Notes under the pieces: generated by a model
Databases searched by the model: none
The model's input: the letters and a program-made list of their open reading frames with translations, nothing else
What the model was told of the DNA's origin: nothing
In this document: positions 40,501-50,818 of the stretch, piece after piece
How positions within the stretch are numbered: the first letter of the stretch is position 1
Layout of the letters: each line of letters starts with the position of its first letter
Position numbers and translations under genes: made by a program
NCBI GenBank assembly: GCA_963770835.1
Contig: CAVYRH010000008.1
Span: 160,001-224,000, forward strand
Length of the DNA stretch: 64,000 nt
Reading direction: 5' to 3'
Source of the DNA: an uncultured Pseudomonadota bacterium
GTDB lineage: Bacteria; Oederibacteriota; Muellerivitia; Muellerivitales; Muellerivitaceae

Positions 40501-41468
40501 CCTGAGAAGATCGGGCCGTATTGGGTGGTGGATCCCGATCCCGCGCAAAGGGGGGCCCCCGTCCAAAGGTCGGCGAAGCAATATCCCGGGTAAGGCGCGT
40601 CGGTGGCGAAGCCGGAACTGGAAGTCAGCGTATCCGAGAAGGTGGCCGGGCCGGAGGTGGGTCCTCCCGTATTGCAGATATTGATTACGAAGGTCACTGG
40701 CTGGCCAGAAACGATGCCGGCCGAGGGCCCTAGGATGGATTTGGTGATGGTGATGTGGGGGGTGGGCGTGGCGGTGGGGCAGGTGCTCGTCAAGGTGAAG
40801 GTTTGCTGAAAATAAAGGGACGCATTAGCCACCTGGTCCGCCAGGGTCGTGGAAGTGCTGTTCCCGTTTCCCCCGTCCATGTCCGCACCGAGGGGTGGAA
40901 GGGGGCCCCCGTTGATGGGGTCGTTCGCGGGCGTGTAATAAAAGGCCGGTAGATAAGTCACATTAACAGGCGTCGTCCATCCCGAAGGGACATAGGACGG
41001 TGACCACCAAGTGACCGCGCCTTCGCTAGGCGGGGGCGGGCCATTGGCCACCGGCTGGTTCCACATTTGGACGTTGCCGCTGCTGCTGGTGACGTAAACG
41101 GTGGAACCTCCCATGTTCACGGCGAGGGACCAGGAGGCCCAATTATAGTGGGGTGCGAGGTTGTAGGATTGGACAGCGATGACGTTGGTGCCCAGCACAA
41201 GGTCGGCTGTGGGGACGGTGACACAAGGCTCGGTTTGCGTGGGGGTGAAGCCGGACATGGAAACGGCCACTTGGTTTCCGTTGATCCAAACAATGCCGTA
41301 ATCGTCAAAACCGCCGCAAAAGGTCGCGCCCATAATGGAACACTGGGCTTGTGCGCGCGGGATAATTCCTCCCACAAGGCAAAACAAAAGCAACAAGCAA
41401 AAGCCGGTGGACTTCAGCCCTGTAGCCCTCAAACCAGATTTGAATCGATTTAACTTTTTAACGTCCAT
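37506..41468 (-). CDS. Large secreted protein with a Pro/Thr/Asn stalk, DUF11-like domain and FlgD-Ig-like C-terminus
   Basis: Signal peptide; about 500 aa of [39 protein letters not shown] motifs. Confidence 0.9.
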   Translation of the reverse strand: MDVKKLNRFKSGLRATGLKSTGFCLLLLFCLVGGIIPRAQAQCSIMGATFCGGFDDYGIVWINGNQVAVSMSGFTPTQTEPCVTVPTADLVLGTNVIAVQSYNLAPHYNWASWSLAVNMGGSTVYVTSSSGNVQMWNQPVANGPPPPSEGAVTWWSPSYVPSGWTTPVNVTYLPAFYYTPANDPINGGPLPPLGADMDGGNGNSTSTTLADQVANASLYFQQTFTLTSTCPTATPTPHITITKSILGPSAGIVSGQPVTFVINICNTGGPTSGPATFSDTLTSSSGFATDAPYPGYCFADLWTGAPLCAGSGSTTQYGPIFSGSSPLTWVYPSGFPGNYCTAVSIFALSNYIGTDPAQCLSTNFAAGAWNTGSVTSNTVNFTNANCATPPPTNTPTNTPTNTPTPTPTNSPTNTPTNTPTRTPTNTLTNTPTNTPTNTPTRTPTNTLTNTPTPTPTLTPTNTPTPTPTNTPTNTPTPTPTNTPTNTPTNTLVSTPTNTPTNTPTNTPTKTPTPTETPTPTNTPTDTPTNTPTPTPTNTPTRTPTATPTPSLTNTPTATPTNTPTNTPTNTPTNTFTPTATLTNTPTATPTNTFVNTPTPTNTPTRTPTATPTNTATATPTNTPTATPTNTFTPTNTPTNTSTATPTNTLINTATPTNTPTQTPTNTPTATPTNTFVNTPTPTNTPTNTNTFTPTATATNTPTVTATFTPTNTPTSTNTYTPTVTPTDTPTPTPTNTLPNTATNTATNTSSNTSTLTDTSTPTATPTNTATSTNTYTPTVTPTDTPTPTPTNTLPNTATNTATKTPTATPTNTNTSTPTVTLTNTPTVTATYTPTNTTTNTSTFTPTASPTNTATMTDTFTPTNTATNTRTNTPTLTAPNTPTLTPTPTPPLNVTFQKQVVPTTAQSGSVLTYTLNINVTSNSANGVVVTDTLPANVSFVGFDSAPAGTTTFYVAAHSLLSWTLPASLAPGNYQLSYQTKVNNFVAAGTPVVNGAQLTYPGLSAPLSASVSVALIGQYTVKIDVYNEAGEVIDQIYTEQLSQPINNIAIESSDSITSLHGADNAVTVYYQGIAIATWNGTTSNGDPASNGVYYIKVDNIDSSGTVNSTTQQVTVSRSLATSTILIYNEAGEEVKNLVTYYDDPGQATISGVQLSSSVIQPGGQGGGAPSRLNIILSNGTTVVWDGTGNNGSYVQSGQYFLEVHTTNGSGDETTVIKQVSVDDRSSGTGMGVVMAVPNLLGRGSTMVTFRSNSTMSLLLRVSLYTVDGELIGPPIMGDNGANPPQLNTSGLASGLYLAVVELQNAANGGLVGRQTVKIVVIH
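38805..40305 (-). repeat. Low-complexity PT/TN coding repeat
   Basis: Degenerate 6-12-bp periodicity encoding TPTN/TPTA. Confidence 0.9.
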
Positions 41469-41814
41469 CTCCCAGAAAGCGCTTCCTCACCACCGCCAAA
41501 TAAAGCTTTTCGCCAAAAAAGACCAGCTCGGTGATTTTTAGGATGATTCAGGTGAAAAACTTTGGCGGCAAAGTGGTGTCTAGTTGAAGTTTATACCAGG
41601 ATGGTCAAAATGTAAAAAAAAGCGGGGATTTTCGGACGACTTCTTTCGCAAGCAAATGCCAGGGCGGGTTACGAAGCGGAACTACTTTATAATTTTGGTT
41701 TTTTTACTGAACAACCGTTGGAAAGTTTCTTTTTTGTTTAATAAACGCGCTTATGTCGGATTACGCATTAGCCTGGGTTAATAAAAAAAATATTTTCCAG
41801 CCAATTCACAACCG

Positions 41815-43242
41815 TCAATAAAAAACGATGTTATCAATCCAAACATCGGTTGTCGTGCTGGCATTCACTTGCCATTGGAGGCCAAAGAGGGCGGTGGTAT
41901 CAAGTGTCAGGGTTGAAGGGCTGGACAAAGTGACGCTTGAAAAAGGCACGGAAATGGACGTCCAAGATGTCGTCAAGGAATTGGTCGTTTGGAAGGCCAG
42001 AACGGTCGTCCCGCTGCCGGAAGGATTGAAGAGGGTCACCGGCTCCCGTTCCTGGAGAAAGCACGTCGGCGACAAAGGCCCGGTTGTATTCTTCGCGCAG
42101 AATTGAACGCCTGTATAGCCATAATATTGGGCGTCGAAAAGGCCCGTCGAGGTGGAGGTGGTCAAATTGCACCCGAAACCAGCCCCATAGTTCGTAAAGC
42201 CGGCGTTGGTTGAAACTTCCACTGCGTCGTTGCTGGTTCCAGTGCAGCCATAACCCACGCCCACGCCACCCGATGCCATTGTGAACGTATAAGTCGGGGA
42301 CCAAGTTACAGCTCCGGTTTTTTGAATACCTCCCGCGGTACCATCGTTATAAGCATACCAATAACCGTTCCGGCATTCGTTCAACAGAACCTGGTTGTTT
42401 CCATCCTCCATGTCATCCAACAAGGCCGGCGTTGAGGTGGGGGCGATGCCGCAAAGTTGCGGCGTGGGGGTGGGCACGGGTGACGTGGTAGCTAATGGGG
42501 TTGGGGTGGCTGTAGGCGAAGAGGGACAGTGGTCCGCGTTGTAAACCAACCGCATATTGTCGATATAGATATTGCCGATACCCTGTCCGGCGTTGGGGGT
42601 GCTGCGGTTGTAAATGATGTAGAGACGATCCATGGGAGCGGCCGGATTAATCACGCCGGCTGAAAAATTAATGTTCCAAGTGATCGTTTGGGTTCCAGCC
42701 GTGACGTTCGGGGCATCCGAACTGATGGGGGTAAAATAGACGCCAGTGCTGGTGGAATAGCCGACCAGGTTCATGAAGCTGTAGGTGTTCCCCGCCACCA
42801 CCGAGGGGTCCACGGTGATGTCCATCTTGAGTTGGGCCACGGTGTTCCAAACATTGGGGGAAAAGCCGAACATTTGAAACATGGTTTGGTTGTAAGAAAA
42901 GGCTTTGATGATGTCCAAATCCAGGGAATGGGTCCCTTGGGTGGCCCCAAAATTGGAGAGGCCTAGCACCGATGAAAAAGTGGTTCCGGCGTCGGTCAAA
43001 TCGTAATCATTGATGGTGATGCCCCGGTCGGTCACATAAAAGGTGGTGCCGTTGCTGGCGACGCCGGTGCTGAGGCTTTCAAAACCCTCGAACAAGACGG
43101 GCGGGCAGGATTGAATGGGAACTCCGGCGGAAGTGGACATGGCAGAGGTGGGGGGCACACTGCTCTTGCATCCGGGGCCGAAGGCCCAAAGGATGGCAAA
43201 GGCCAGAAGGGCCGGGACCGAACCTAAAAGTTTTCTTCCCAT
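41815..43242 (-). CDS. Lipoprotein with two CBM-like domains (C-terminal one CBM11-like)
   Basis: FGPGC lipobox-like; LLDDMEDG..GYWYAYND..YTGVQFCAK..WIDNIVFY. Confidence 0.8.
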   Translation of the reverse strand: MGRKLLGSVPALLAFAILWAFGPGCKSSVPPTSAMSTSAGVPIQSCPPVLFEGFESLSTGVASNGTTFYVTDRGITINDYDLTDAGTTFSSVLGLSNFGATQGTHSLDLDIIKAFSYNQTMFQMFGFSPNVWNTVAQLKMDITVDPSVVAGNTYSFMNLVGYSTSTGVYFTPISSDAPNVTAGTQTITWNINFSAGVINPAAPMDRLYIIYNRSTPNAGQGIGNIYIDNMRLVYNADHCPSSPTATPTPLATTSPVPTPTPQLCGIAPTSTPALLDDMEDGNNQVLLNECRNGYWYAYNDGTAGGIQKTGAVTWSPTYTFTMASGGVGVGYGCTGTSNDAVEVSTNAGFTNYGAGFGCNLTTSTSTGLFDAQYYGYTGVQFCAKNTTGPLSPTCFLQEREPVTLFNPSGSGTTVLAFQTTNSLTTSWTSISVPFSSVTLSSPSTLTLDTTALFGLQWQVNASTTTDVWIDNIVFY

Positions 43243-43298
43243 CGCGCTTCCTCCTTCCCAACAAATGCTACCACTTCAGCGGTATTTTTGCTTGGGGC

Positions 43299-45647
43299 CT
43301 AAAACTCGACCTGGTAAGTGACTTCAGTGAATTGCTCATTCTCCGTGCCCTGAGAGGGATTGTTGGGCAGCATATTCCCCGTCGTATAGTCGTAATCCAG
43401 GAACAGACTCGAGTTGCGGTTGACCTTGAACACGCTGGAAAACCTCAAGCTCTGAACGGATCCATTAACGTTGAAAACGGAATATTGCCCCAAATCCGAG
43501 GGATCGAACAAATAAGAGTATCGGGCCCAAAGCGTGCCCCCATACCCGGCTTCCGTTCCATTGGCGTTCCTCTGGCTGAAGGCCGCCGAAACTTCCCAAA
43601 CGGGCAGCACATCCATCCGTACCCCGCCGATAACCCAGGTGCTGGTCAAGGTTCCCAGGACACTGTTGGTTTGTTCATAACGGAAGTTGGTCCCCACCTC
43701 AATGTCCCGCTCAAACCCGATGGAGGGGCCCAAGTTGAAGGAAGGTCCGAAGTTGACGTAGGTAAAGTTCCGAGTTGGGAAAACGCCGCTGGGGGCGTCC
43801 ACGGCGACATAATTGAGGCCGGGGCCCAAAACCAGGTTGCTTTGGATCTCGCTCGCCAAATAAGCCGACCCCCGTATTTTCAGGGCTTTTTGCGAAAGGG
43901 TTTGGATATCCATCTCCAATCCGACCCCATCGCGGTTAGGCGTGGCCAATCCGTAGGGGAAAGTGTTGTCCATCGTCCGGTCGTAAAAGCCGAAAATCGC
44001 CCCCGCCCTGGGAACGTCCGAAAGGAAATACTGGCTGCGAAGGGGCGCTTCGAAAAGGTCCGGGGACTCCAGCGAATTTCTTTCCGGCAACTGGGTAACC
44101 GCGTCCTGCCGCGTCTGGGCCAGGGGAGCGTAATAGTAGGGTTCCACGTCCAGGTAGTTCAAAGAGATGCTGGAATCGCCGAACCGGATGTAGGGGCCGC
44201 CGATAACGGCATAATCGGTGATAACCCTTTGGGAATTCAGTTTGTCGTCCTGGTAGCTGGAATAAGCGTATTCGGCGGTGCCACCCAGGTAGAAATTGTC
44301 GCCCAAACCTACTTTCAAATCGGGTTTGACGCTGCCGGTCAAATATTGGTGGGCCCAGGTGGTAGGGTCGATGGGGTCGTAGGACGACCCAGGTTGTTCG
44401 GAATTTATCGGTTCGTCTAGGATGGTGCCATAAACGTCCAAACCCGCCTGCCAGGATGTCTCCCCCCAATACCATTTGGGGGACTTCAACCCGGCTGTCC
44501 CGCCGATGACCCAATCGGTGAACTGTCCGGGGCCGAAATACCAGCCGACGTTGTCGTTGAAGCCGTTTCGGATCATGTCAACGAAGGTGGAAGCCTTGAG
44601 TTCCCGGAGAACATCCGAATCGGGCCACAAGATATCTTCGCCCAGTTTGAGGCCCCGGAAAGGCCAATAGGGCTCGTTATTGAAAAAGCTCTCATACTTG
44701 GTGATATCGTCCTGCCGCGCCCACATTTCCGGCATGTAGCGCAGGTCCAGGGTGTCGCGGTTCCAAAGGGTCAGGGGGGTATAAGCCTCGTCAAAATCGC
44801 CTATGGTCGCCGACAGCCAATCGGGGTTGAATTGCATGGTGATGCGGCGTACCGCAAAAAGGGGAGAATCGTTGGGTTCCAATGAATCCTCAAGCCGCAA
44901 GATAAAATCCCATTTCACTTCCTTGGAAACCGTCCCGTCGGTGGTCATATCCAGGTAGCCCAGGGTTGAACGGACCCCCAAGGAAAGGTCGTAAGGCGAA
45001 AGGTTTCCAGAAAACTCCTGGGACAACCCGAAGGCCCGGCCCAAACCATGAAGGGCGATGGTCGGGTTTTGGGAAATTCCATTTAGGTGTTTCAAGAGGT
45101 CATATTGGCTCGAATCCACTTCATCTGCTTTGGCCTCAGCGTCCTTCACCTGGTCCTTCACCTTTTTCAATTCATATTGGTAGGCCTCTTCCAGGCTATG
45201 CAGACTCTTGACGGCTTCTTCCCGGGTGGCCGCTTTTTGGGCGGGCGTCAGGGTCACCGGGCCAGTGGGGGTGGCCGCGGTTCCCGCTTGAATATTTTCG
45301 GGAGGGGGCAAAAGCGTGTCGTCCGAGGCGGAAGTGTTCTGGGCCACCACGATTTCCCCCGAATTTTTCTCAGCCTTCACGATCAGTTCAGCCACCTCGA
45401 AACGGGTCAAGGTGGAAGGCGCCACGTCCTTGTTAGACAGCCAACCCGCCTGGGCCAATTGTTTCAACTCGCCATAGGCAGCGTCGCCCGCCGGCACAAT
45501 GGAAAAAAGGTCTTGGGAGGCTAACAGCGGCTTGTCTAGGATCAAGGTGCTTAAAAAAGCCAATGTTGAAATGAAAAACAGCCGATTTTTTAGCTGACAC
45601 CTGATCCCTGGTGACTGATCGCTGTTTTTATTAGAAGGAGACTTCAT
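43299..45647 (-). CDS. Outer-membrane beta-barrel protein with an SLH-like domain and coiled coil
   Basis: FSIVPAGDAAY..LAQAG..LTRFE; coiled coil; ends YQVEF. Confidence 0.75.
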   Translation of the reverse strand: MKSPSNKNSDQSPGIRCQLKNRLFFISTLAFLSTLILDKPLLASQDLFSIVPAGDAAYGELKQLAQAGWLSNKDVAPSTLTRFEVAELIVKAEKNSGEIVVAQNTSASDDTLLPPPENIQAGTAATPTGPVTLTPAQKAATREEAVKSLHSLEEAYQYELKKVKDQVKDAEAKADEVDSSQYDLLKHLNGISQNPTIALHGLGRAFGLSQEFSGNLSPYDLSLGVRSTLGYLDMTTDGTVSKEVKWDFILRLEDSLEPNDSPLFAVRRITMQFNPDWLSATIGDFDEAYTPLTLWNRDTLDLRYMPEMWARQDDITKYESFFNNEPYWPFRGLKLGEDILWPDSDVLRELKASTFVDMIRNGFNDNVGWYFGPGQFTDWVIGGTAGLKSPKWYWGETSWQAGLDVYGTILDEPINSEQPGSSYDPIDPTTWAHQYLTGSVKPDLKVGLGDNFYLGGTAEYAYSSYQDDKLNSQRVITDYAVIGGPYIRFGDSSISLNYLDVEPYYYAPLAQTRQDAVTQLPERNSLESPDLFEAPLRSQYFLSDVPRAGAIFGFYDRTMDNTFPYGLATPNRDGVGLEMDIQTLSQKALKIRGSAYLASEIQSNLVLGPGLNYVAVDAPSGVFPTRNFTYVNFGPSFNLGPSIGFERDIEVGTNFRYEQTNSVLGTLTSTWVIGGVRMDVLPVWEVSAAFSQRNANGTEAGYGGTLWARYSYLFDPSDLGQYSVFNVNGSVQSLRFSSVFKVNRNSSLFLDYDYTTGNMLPNNPSQGTENEQFTEVTYQVEF

Positions 45648-47784
45648 CGGTCAGCCTCCATATCTGTTCGCGCCGGTCAAAGCCCGGCTGTTCGGTCCAG
45701 GTATACTGGTTAAGGAATAAGTCGCCATGAATCTCAAAAGTGGAACTCAAGGGGCACTTTACTCCAAAGGCCCAGGAAGTCCGGGTCACGTCGAGGGCCT
45801 GGTAAGTGTAGCCCATGGTGGAAGTGTCAAAACAAGAAGCGTAATAGGCCAGTGTGGGCGGGCTGCCCGCGCCCGTCAGGGTGTATTCACTTCCGCTGGA
45901 TTGGGCCAGTTCATAAGCTAGTGAGACAACCAGTCCCTCAAATAAGGGGACATGTGAAAAGGGTCCGGCGTCCGCCGCGGCGATGAAGTTGTCGACGGCA
46001 AAAGGCGGGCCACCCATGCCTAGATCGGTGGTTTGGTGCTTGAAGTCGACCGACAAAGAACAGGTTTTCGGCAGTCCATCCAGGGCCTTGGCGAGGTTGG
46101 CCGTGAGCGCGCCTTCAAACCCACCAAAGGTCCTCGTGGTAGAAGGGCCGCCGATGATCGTCGTTCCAGCGGTATCCGGCTGGAGTTCCTTCATGCCCAG
46201 GTCGTAGGAAGCTTGGGGCTTGAACCAGCCGTTGCGGCCGATTCCGGCGGAGAACCCCAGGACGAAGCCTTCCCGGTCCGGGGTCGAGTATCCGTAGGGG
46301 AGGATATTCTCCGCCAAGCGGTCATAGGGCGCCAGGGTGGGCCGGTTGACGCTTTGGAAGATGTAATTATTGAGGTAGCCGTTCAGGCCATCGTCCAAGA
46401 TCGAATATCCTCCTACGGCGAAGGGAGTGAAGCGGTTGGTCTGGGCCCCCGGTGAGTAAAAATGGGACCCGTTATCGAGGAATTTCACCGTCAGATGGGC
46501 TTGGTCGACGTTGAAATCCCCGTTAGCGAGGAAGGCTCCGTCGGCAATCGAGCCTTGGGGATTGCTGGCATCGTCCTGGTAAAAGCTACCCGCGTATTCG
46601 GCCGACGCCTTAAACCTGACCGCTTCGGCAATGGGCAATTCACCATTTAAGGAAAGGCTTCCTACCTGATATTGCCGAACATAAGTTGAAAGATTGGCGG
46701 GGTTATAGATGACATAGGAATCCGCGTTGTCGTCCCAAAGCAGCAGGCCCGTTCCCTTCAACTCCAGATGGTTGTCAAAAAACTCCGCGGCCGCCTCACT
46801 CCCGGCGTAATAGTCGCTAAAATTATTCGGCGTGGCTGACTGCATCTGGCCTGCCATGGCTTGCAGGTGGAAGGAGCTCAGGGCCGGAAAACTTTTGTCC
46901 AGGGCCTGGTCCGAGGCGGCCTCAAAGCCCCGCATGTGCTCATCCGGGCCATGGTCCATGTAAACCATTTCTTCCAGGTCCTTGCGGACCCGGTAATAGG
47001 AAGTGGGTTCGATAAAGGTATAAACGGGTACCTCGTAGTTCCAAAGGGTCAGGGGGGTATAGCTCCGGTAGAAGTCCCCCGCCGTCAGGTTGGCCACCTC
47101 GTTGGTATTCGTCAAGGAAATCCACCGCAGGCTGAATTCGGGTTGATTGGGGTCGGCGTAATAAAGCCCGACAGTGCGGGTCAAGCGGAGATCCGCGTCA
47201 AAAAGCACGAAGGGGACCGGCACGCTCTTGAAAATGAGGTCGCCGAAAAGGATGTCGTTGTAATCCATGGGCCCATAGATGGCGTTGGGCCCGAATCCGC
47301 GGTAGGTGTTGAAATAACCCCGAGAGTAGCCGGAAATGTTCGTGCCGGTTTGTTTCAGGTACTCCTGCTGGAGCGACTCGAATCCCTCATTCCGATGTTC
47401 CTGGTCGTAAATGCGGTTCTCCAGCTTGAATACGTCCACATCCATGGCGGAAAGTTCGGCTTTAAATTCCTCAGCCAGTTGTTGGAGGCTCTTGGCCGCT
47501 CGGTCCGGCACCTGGGTGGCCTTATCCTCCGCCGGGGAGGGCGGCGCCTGGGCGAGATAGATTTGGGCGGCGTGCGAAGTCAGTTGCGCCACTTCCAGGT
47601 TGGTCATCTCCCCAGCCGGTTTGGAGGAAGGGTCGGCCAGGCCGGCCGCCACTAGGTCTTCCACGGCGGAGTTAATCCAGCCGTCACGGACAGTCGTGGT
47701 CAACGCCCCGTGTTCGGCGAAAGCTGGAACCGAAGTTCCCGCCGCCAAGGCCACAAACAACAAGATGGTTATTTTTCGTTTCAT
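45631..47784 (-). CDS. Outer-membrane beta-barrel protein with an SLH-like domain and coiled coil
   Basis: WINSAVEDLVAAGL..TNLE; LQQLAEEFKAEL; ends DEVSF; alternative start 47835. Confidence 0.75.
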   Translation of the reverse strand: MKRKITILLFVALAAGTSVPAFAEHGALTTTVRDGWINSAVEDLVAAGLADPSSKPAGEMTNLEVAQLTSHAAQIYLAQAPPSPAEDKATQVPDRAAKSLQQLAEEFKAELSAMDVDVFKLENRIYDQEHRNEGFESLQQEYLKQTGTNISGYSRGYFNTYRGFGPNAIYGPMDYNDILFGDLIFKSVPVPFVLFDADLRLTRTVGLYYADPNQPEFSLRWISLTNTNEVANLTAGDFYRSYTPLTLWNYEVPVYTFIEPTSYYRVRKDLEEMVYMDHGPDEHMRGFEAASDQALDKSFPALSSFHLQAMAGQMQSATPNNFSDYYAGSEAAAEFFDNHLELKGTGLLLWDDNADSYVIYNPANLSTYVRQYQVGSLSLNGELPIAEAVRFKASAEYAGSFYQDDASNPQGSIADGAFLANGDFNVDQAHLTVKFLDNGSHFYSPGAQTNRFTPFAVGGYSILDDGLNGYLNNYIFQSVNRPTLAPYDRLAENILPYGYSTPDREGFVLGFSAGIGRNGWFKPQASYDLGMKELQPDTAGTTIIGGPSTTRTFGGFEGALTANLAKALDGLPKTCSLSVDFKHQTTDLGMGGPPFAVDNFIAAADAGPFSHVPLFEGLVVSLAYELAQSSGSEYTLTGAGSPPTLAYYASCFDTSTMGYTYQALDVTRTSWAFGVKCPLSSTFEIHGDLFLNQYTWTEQPGFDRREQIWRLTDEVSF

Positions 47785-47838
47785 TTCGCTGCTTCTTTTT
47801 TTACCTTCATGGTTTTTCACTTTCCCGTTTTTCATCCG

Positions 47839-50496
47839 TCAAAACTCGAAAAGGAAGTACGAATAATACTGGTTTGCCTGGTAGTTGTTGGCTGGGAGGT
47901 AGGCGTCCTGGAAAGTAATGTGTTTATAGCGGAACTCGAACTTCCCCCCGCCCCAAGGCAAGTCGTAGGCGAAGCCCGCTCCCAAGGCATCGGTCCGGTA
48001 ATCCACCAAGGGATAGGTGTAGTTCGACCTCCAAAATTCCAGGCCGTAGTCGGCAAGGAAATTGAGGTTCCGAACCACGCCGCACATCAAAGCCGCGTCA
48101 TAAGCCGTCTGGTGGAACATGTCGGGGATATTGGCCAGGGTCTGTCCGGGCCGGTTCGGGTCGGAAAGACCGGCCACTGCGGGGTCGGTCGTGGTGCCTG
48201 AAACCCCGTGGTCCGTGAAGAAAAAGGAGCCGTAAAGCGGGGTCGGCAGCTGGAACATCTTGCTGAACTGCAATTTAGCAGTCAGGGTGATGTAATTGTA
48301 AGTCTTCAAGTCGTCCAGGTTGACGTAAAGATTGTGCCCGCCACTGGTGACGGGAGGCGCCCCTACCGGAATCGGTTGGCCGCCAGCGCTGACCGGGGCG
48401 CTGATGGGCAGGATCATGGGGATCCGTTCACTATCGATTCCGGCGAAACGGAGGACATAAGCATAGTCGTTGGCCGCAGTGCCGGACCAGTTGGCGTCGT
48501 TCCGGGCGGCTTCGATATTATTGACGTATTGCTCCCCGCCCGGATGGATGCCGCTGAAGCCGTCCCAAACCGCCCCCCCGAACAATCCCGTGTCGTCGGG
48601 ATAAAGGACCGAGATCAGGTTGTAGGGCTCCACGTCGTAATAACCCGTTTCGTCCGCCACCACCGTGTATTCGGTCTTTTGGGCCACGTCGAAGTTGATC
48701 ACCACGTCGTCCAGGAAATCGGGCAGGGATTTGGTCCAGCTTTCCTGGCGGCCCTTCCATCCCAGGTTTGCCCGCCACCCATAGCGGTCGCTGATGAGGT
48801 CATCCACCATTCCGACGAAGCCGAACTGGTCGTTCATCGCCGTACCGTTGTTGTAGAGTGCGGTCGGGTAACCGTTGTAAAACCCGTATTTCCAGAATTG
48901 GATTCCGGTCAGGATAACCTTGCTCTGGAAATTGGCGTAACCATCACTGATGGCCGTGTAATAAAGGGTCAAGGGATAGATATTTAAGGAAGCCTGGCCG
49001 GCGGGGGCCTCCAGGGCTTGGGGGGTACCGGTATTGGCTTGGAAACCCGTCACCGCCGCGCTGTTGCCGCTGAAATAACCCGTGTAAAGATGGGAAAATC
49101 CTCCTTCGAGGTCCAAAAAGGCCGGTTTCAAGTCGATGGCGATATCGGCAGCGTAATCCCGTAGGTCCATGGCAGGCTGGCCTCCAGGCTCAACCGTCGT
49201 CACGCCGCTGTTTATGATGGTGGCGCCCTGGGCGACCCCAAAATTATCGTTCACCCAAATCGTGGAAAAGGAGGTCTGGATGCCGCCCGGCCAGGGCTGG
49301 GTGTACTTGATTCCCTCCTCCCAACGCTGAGTGTAACTTCCTGTCGTCTCCCCGGGGGAGGATAAGAAGTCGTTGAGGGATATGGCCCCGGGGGTGGTAT
49401 CGGCCCCGCTGGGGCCCATACGGCCCACGAGTATCGTGGCCTTGGCATCCTGGCTCACCAGCGGCAGGTGAGTACCTAGCATGTAAAGTCCGTCAAAAAC
49501 TTTAGCGGATTGGTTCTGGGTGATCCAGGAATTATAGCTGGGCACGTAGCCCAAGTTGTTCATGTAATCGTCCCAGTTCTTCGTGTTCTTGTCTGTGGAA
49601 TACCGTTTGATATCGAAGGGATCCTCGAACCTCAGTTGCCCGGGATAGGCGCCTCGGGTGAAATCTCCCATGTCCACATCGCTGGTGTAATCCTCTACCG
49701 CAATCGTATTGCTCCAGCTCCCCAGCATGCCGTTCATGTTGAAGTTGACCGTGGGGCTAAAAAGATAGATGGAGGCCGGCTGGGACGGGGTGGCGGTGAC
49801 GGAGGAATAAATATAGGTTCCCAAGCCCATGCTGAAGGAACCCACGCCGCCTAGGTCCCCCCAAACCCCCAGGTTTTCCTCGTTCTTGACCGAGGTGGCC
49901 GCGACTTGGGTGATACCCGAGAGTCCCAAATTTTCCACGCGGATGTCAGCGATGGAAGTGAAACGGGGGTTGCTGGAGGACTTGTTGGCCTTACGGAACT
50001 CGGCGTTGATCTGGTCCTGGGCATCGTTCAATTTTTGGAGTTCGTCTTCTTGTTGTTGGATGCGGTAATCGTCCAGGGCCAGGCGGGTGTTGAGGTAATC
50101 CGCCTCCTCGTCCAATTCCTTGAGCAGGCTGTCAATTTCCGCGGCCACCGTCGGATTAGGCGGGGCCTTGGGCGCTAAAGGAAGCGGAAGGCTTGAGGAT
50201 TGAGGGGTGGGAGTTCCATTGGCCGGGGTGGTATTGGATTTAAGTTTTTCCTTCGCCTTCTCGGTGTAAAAAGCCAGTTCCAAGCGGGTGACGATACGTC
50301 CTTGGTCCAGGACCGCCTGGTCCTGGGGATCGAGGAGTCCGTAAGCCTCCAGGGCCTTTACCCGCTGGTAAAGCGGTTCGCCGGGTGCGACCTGCAGGGA
50401 AGGATCGGCAAAAAGGGGCGCCACCCCGAGGAGGGAAAAGAAGGCCGTGAGAAGAAAGAAGCCGGGGACAATTTTTATCCGGAAGGTCAATGCCAA
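47839..50496 (-). CDS. Outer-membrane beta-barrel protein with an SLH-like domain and coiled coil
   Basis: VAPGEPLYQRVKALEAYGLL..VTRLE; coiled coil; ends FLFEF. Confidence 0.75.
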   Translation of the reverse strand: MALTFRIKIVPGFFLLTAFFSLLGVAPLFADPSLQVAPGEPLYQRVKALEAYGLLDPQDQAVLDQGRIVTRLELAFYTEKAKEKLKSNTTPANGTPTPQSSSLPLPLAPKAPPNPTVAAEIDSLLKELDEEADYLNTRLALDDYRIQQQEDELQKLNDAQDQINAEFRKANKSSSNPRFTSIADIRVENLGLSGITQVAATSVKNEENLGVWGDLGGVGSFSMGLGTYIYSSVTATPSQPASIYLFSPTVNFNMNGMLGSWSNTIAVEDYTSDVDMGDFTRGAYPGQLRFEDPFDIKRYSTDKNTKNWDDYMNNLGYVPSYNSWITQNQSAKVFDGLYMLGTHLPLVSQDAKATILVGRMGPSGADTTPGAISLNDFLSSPGETTGSYTQRWEEGIKYTQPWPGGIQTSFSTIWVNDNFGVAQGATIINSGVTTVEPGGQPAMDLRDYAADIAIDLKPAFLDLEGGFSHLYTGYFSGNSAAVTGFQANTGTPQALEAPAGQASLNIYPLTLYYTAISDGYANFQSKVILTGIQFWKYGFYNGYPTALYNNGTAMNDQFGFVGMVDDLISDRYGWRANLGWKGRQESWTKSLPDFLDDVVINFDVAQKTEYTVVADETGYYDVEPYNLISVLYPDDTGLFGGAVWDGFSGIHPGGEQYVNNIEAARNDANWSGTAANDYAYVLRFAGIDSERIPMILPISAPVSAGGQPIPVGAPPVTSGGHNLYVNLDDLKTYNYITLTAKLQFSKMFQLPTPLYGSFFFTDHGVSGTTTDPAVAGLSDPNRPGQTLANIPDMFHQTAYDAALMCGVVRNLNFLADYGLEFWRSNYTYPLVDYRTDALGAGFAYDLPWGGGKFEFRYKHITFQDAYLPANNYQANQYYSYFLFEF

Positions 50497-50765
50497 CCTC
50501 GTAACGTTATTGAAGTCATCTCAAGAAGCGCCCCGGACAGAAGAAGGGGTTTTCCATCCAAGAAGGAGTAGGCCTTGAAAAAATTTATCCTAACGCCACT
50601 ATAACAGGACAAAAAAAATCGGGAAATAGAATATCGGTTTTTTTAAAAAAGCAGCTGAAACATACTGAAGCGAGTTTCACTAAAATTTAAGTTTGACTTC
50701 AACCGGGTAGGACGAAATAGCTGCCTTCTTCCTGGTGAACCCCAGCGTTCTCAAGTGCATCCGAC

Positions 50766-50801
50766 AAAAGAAAAGCCCGCTCTTTTGAGGAGCGGGCTTT
50801 C
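50766..50801 (-). terminator. Intrinsic terminator after GH44
   Basis: AAAGCCCGCTC-TTTTGAG-GAGCGGGCTTT stem with an adjacent A-run. Confidence 0.85.
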
Positions 50802-50818
50802 AAAATTATCCACTACTC

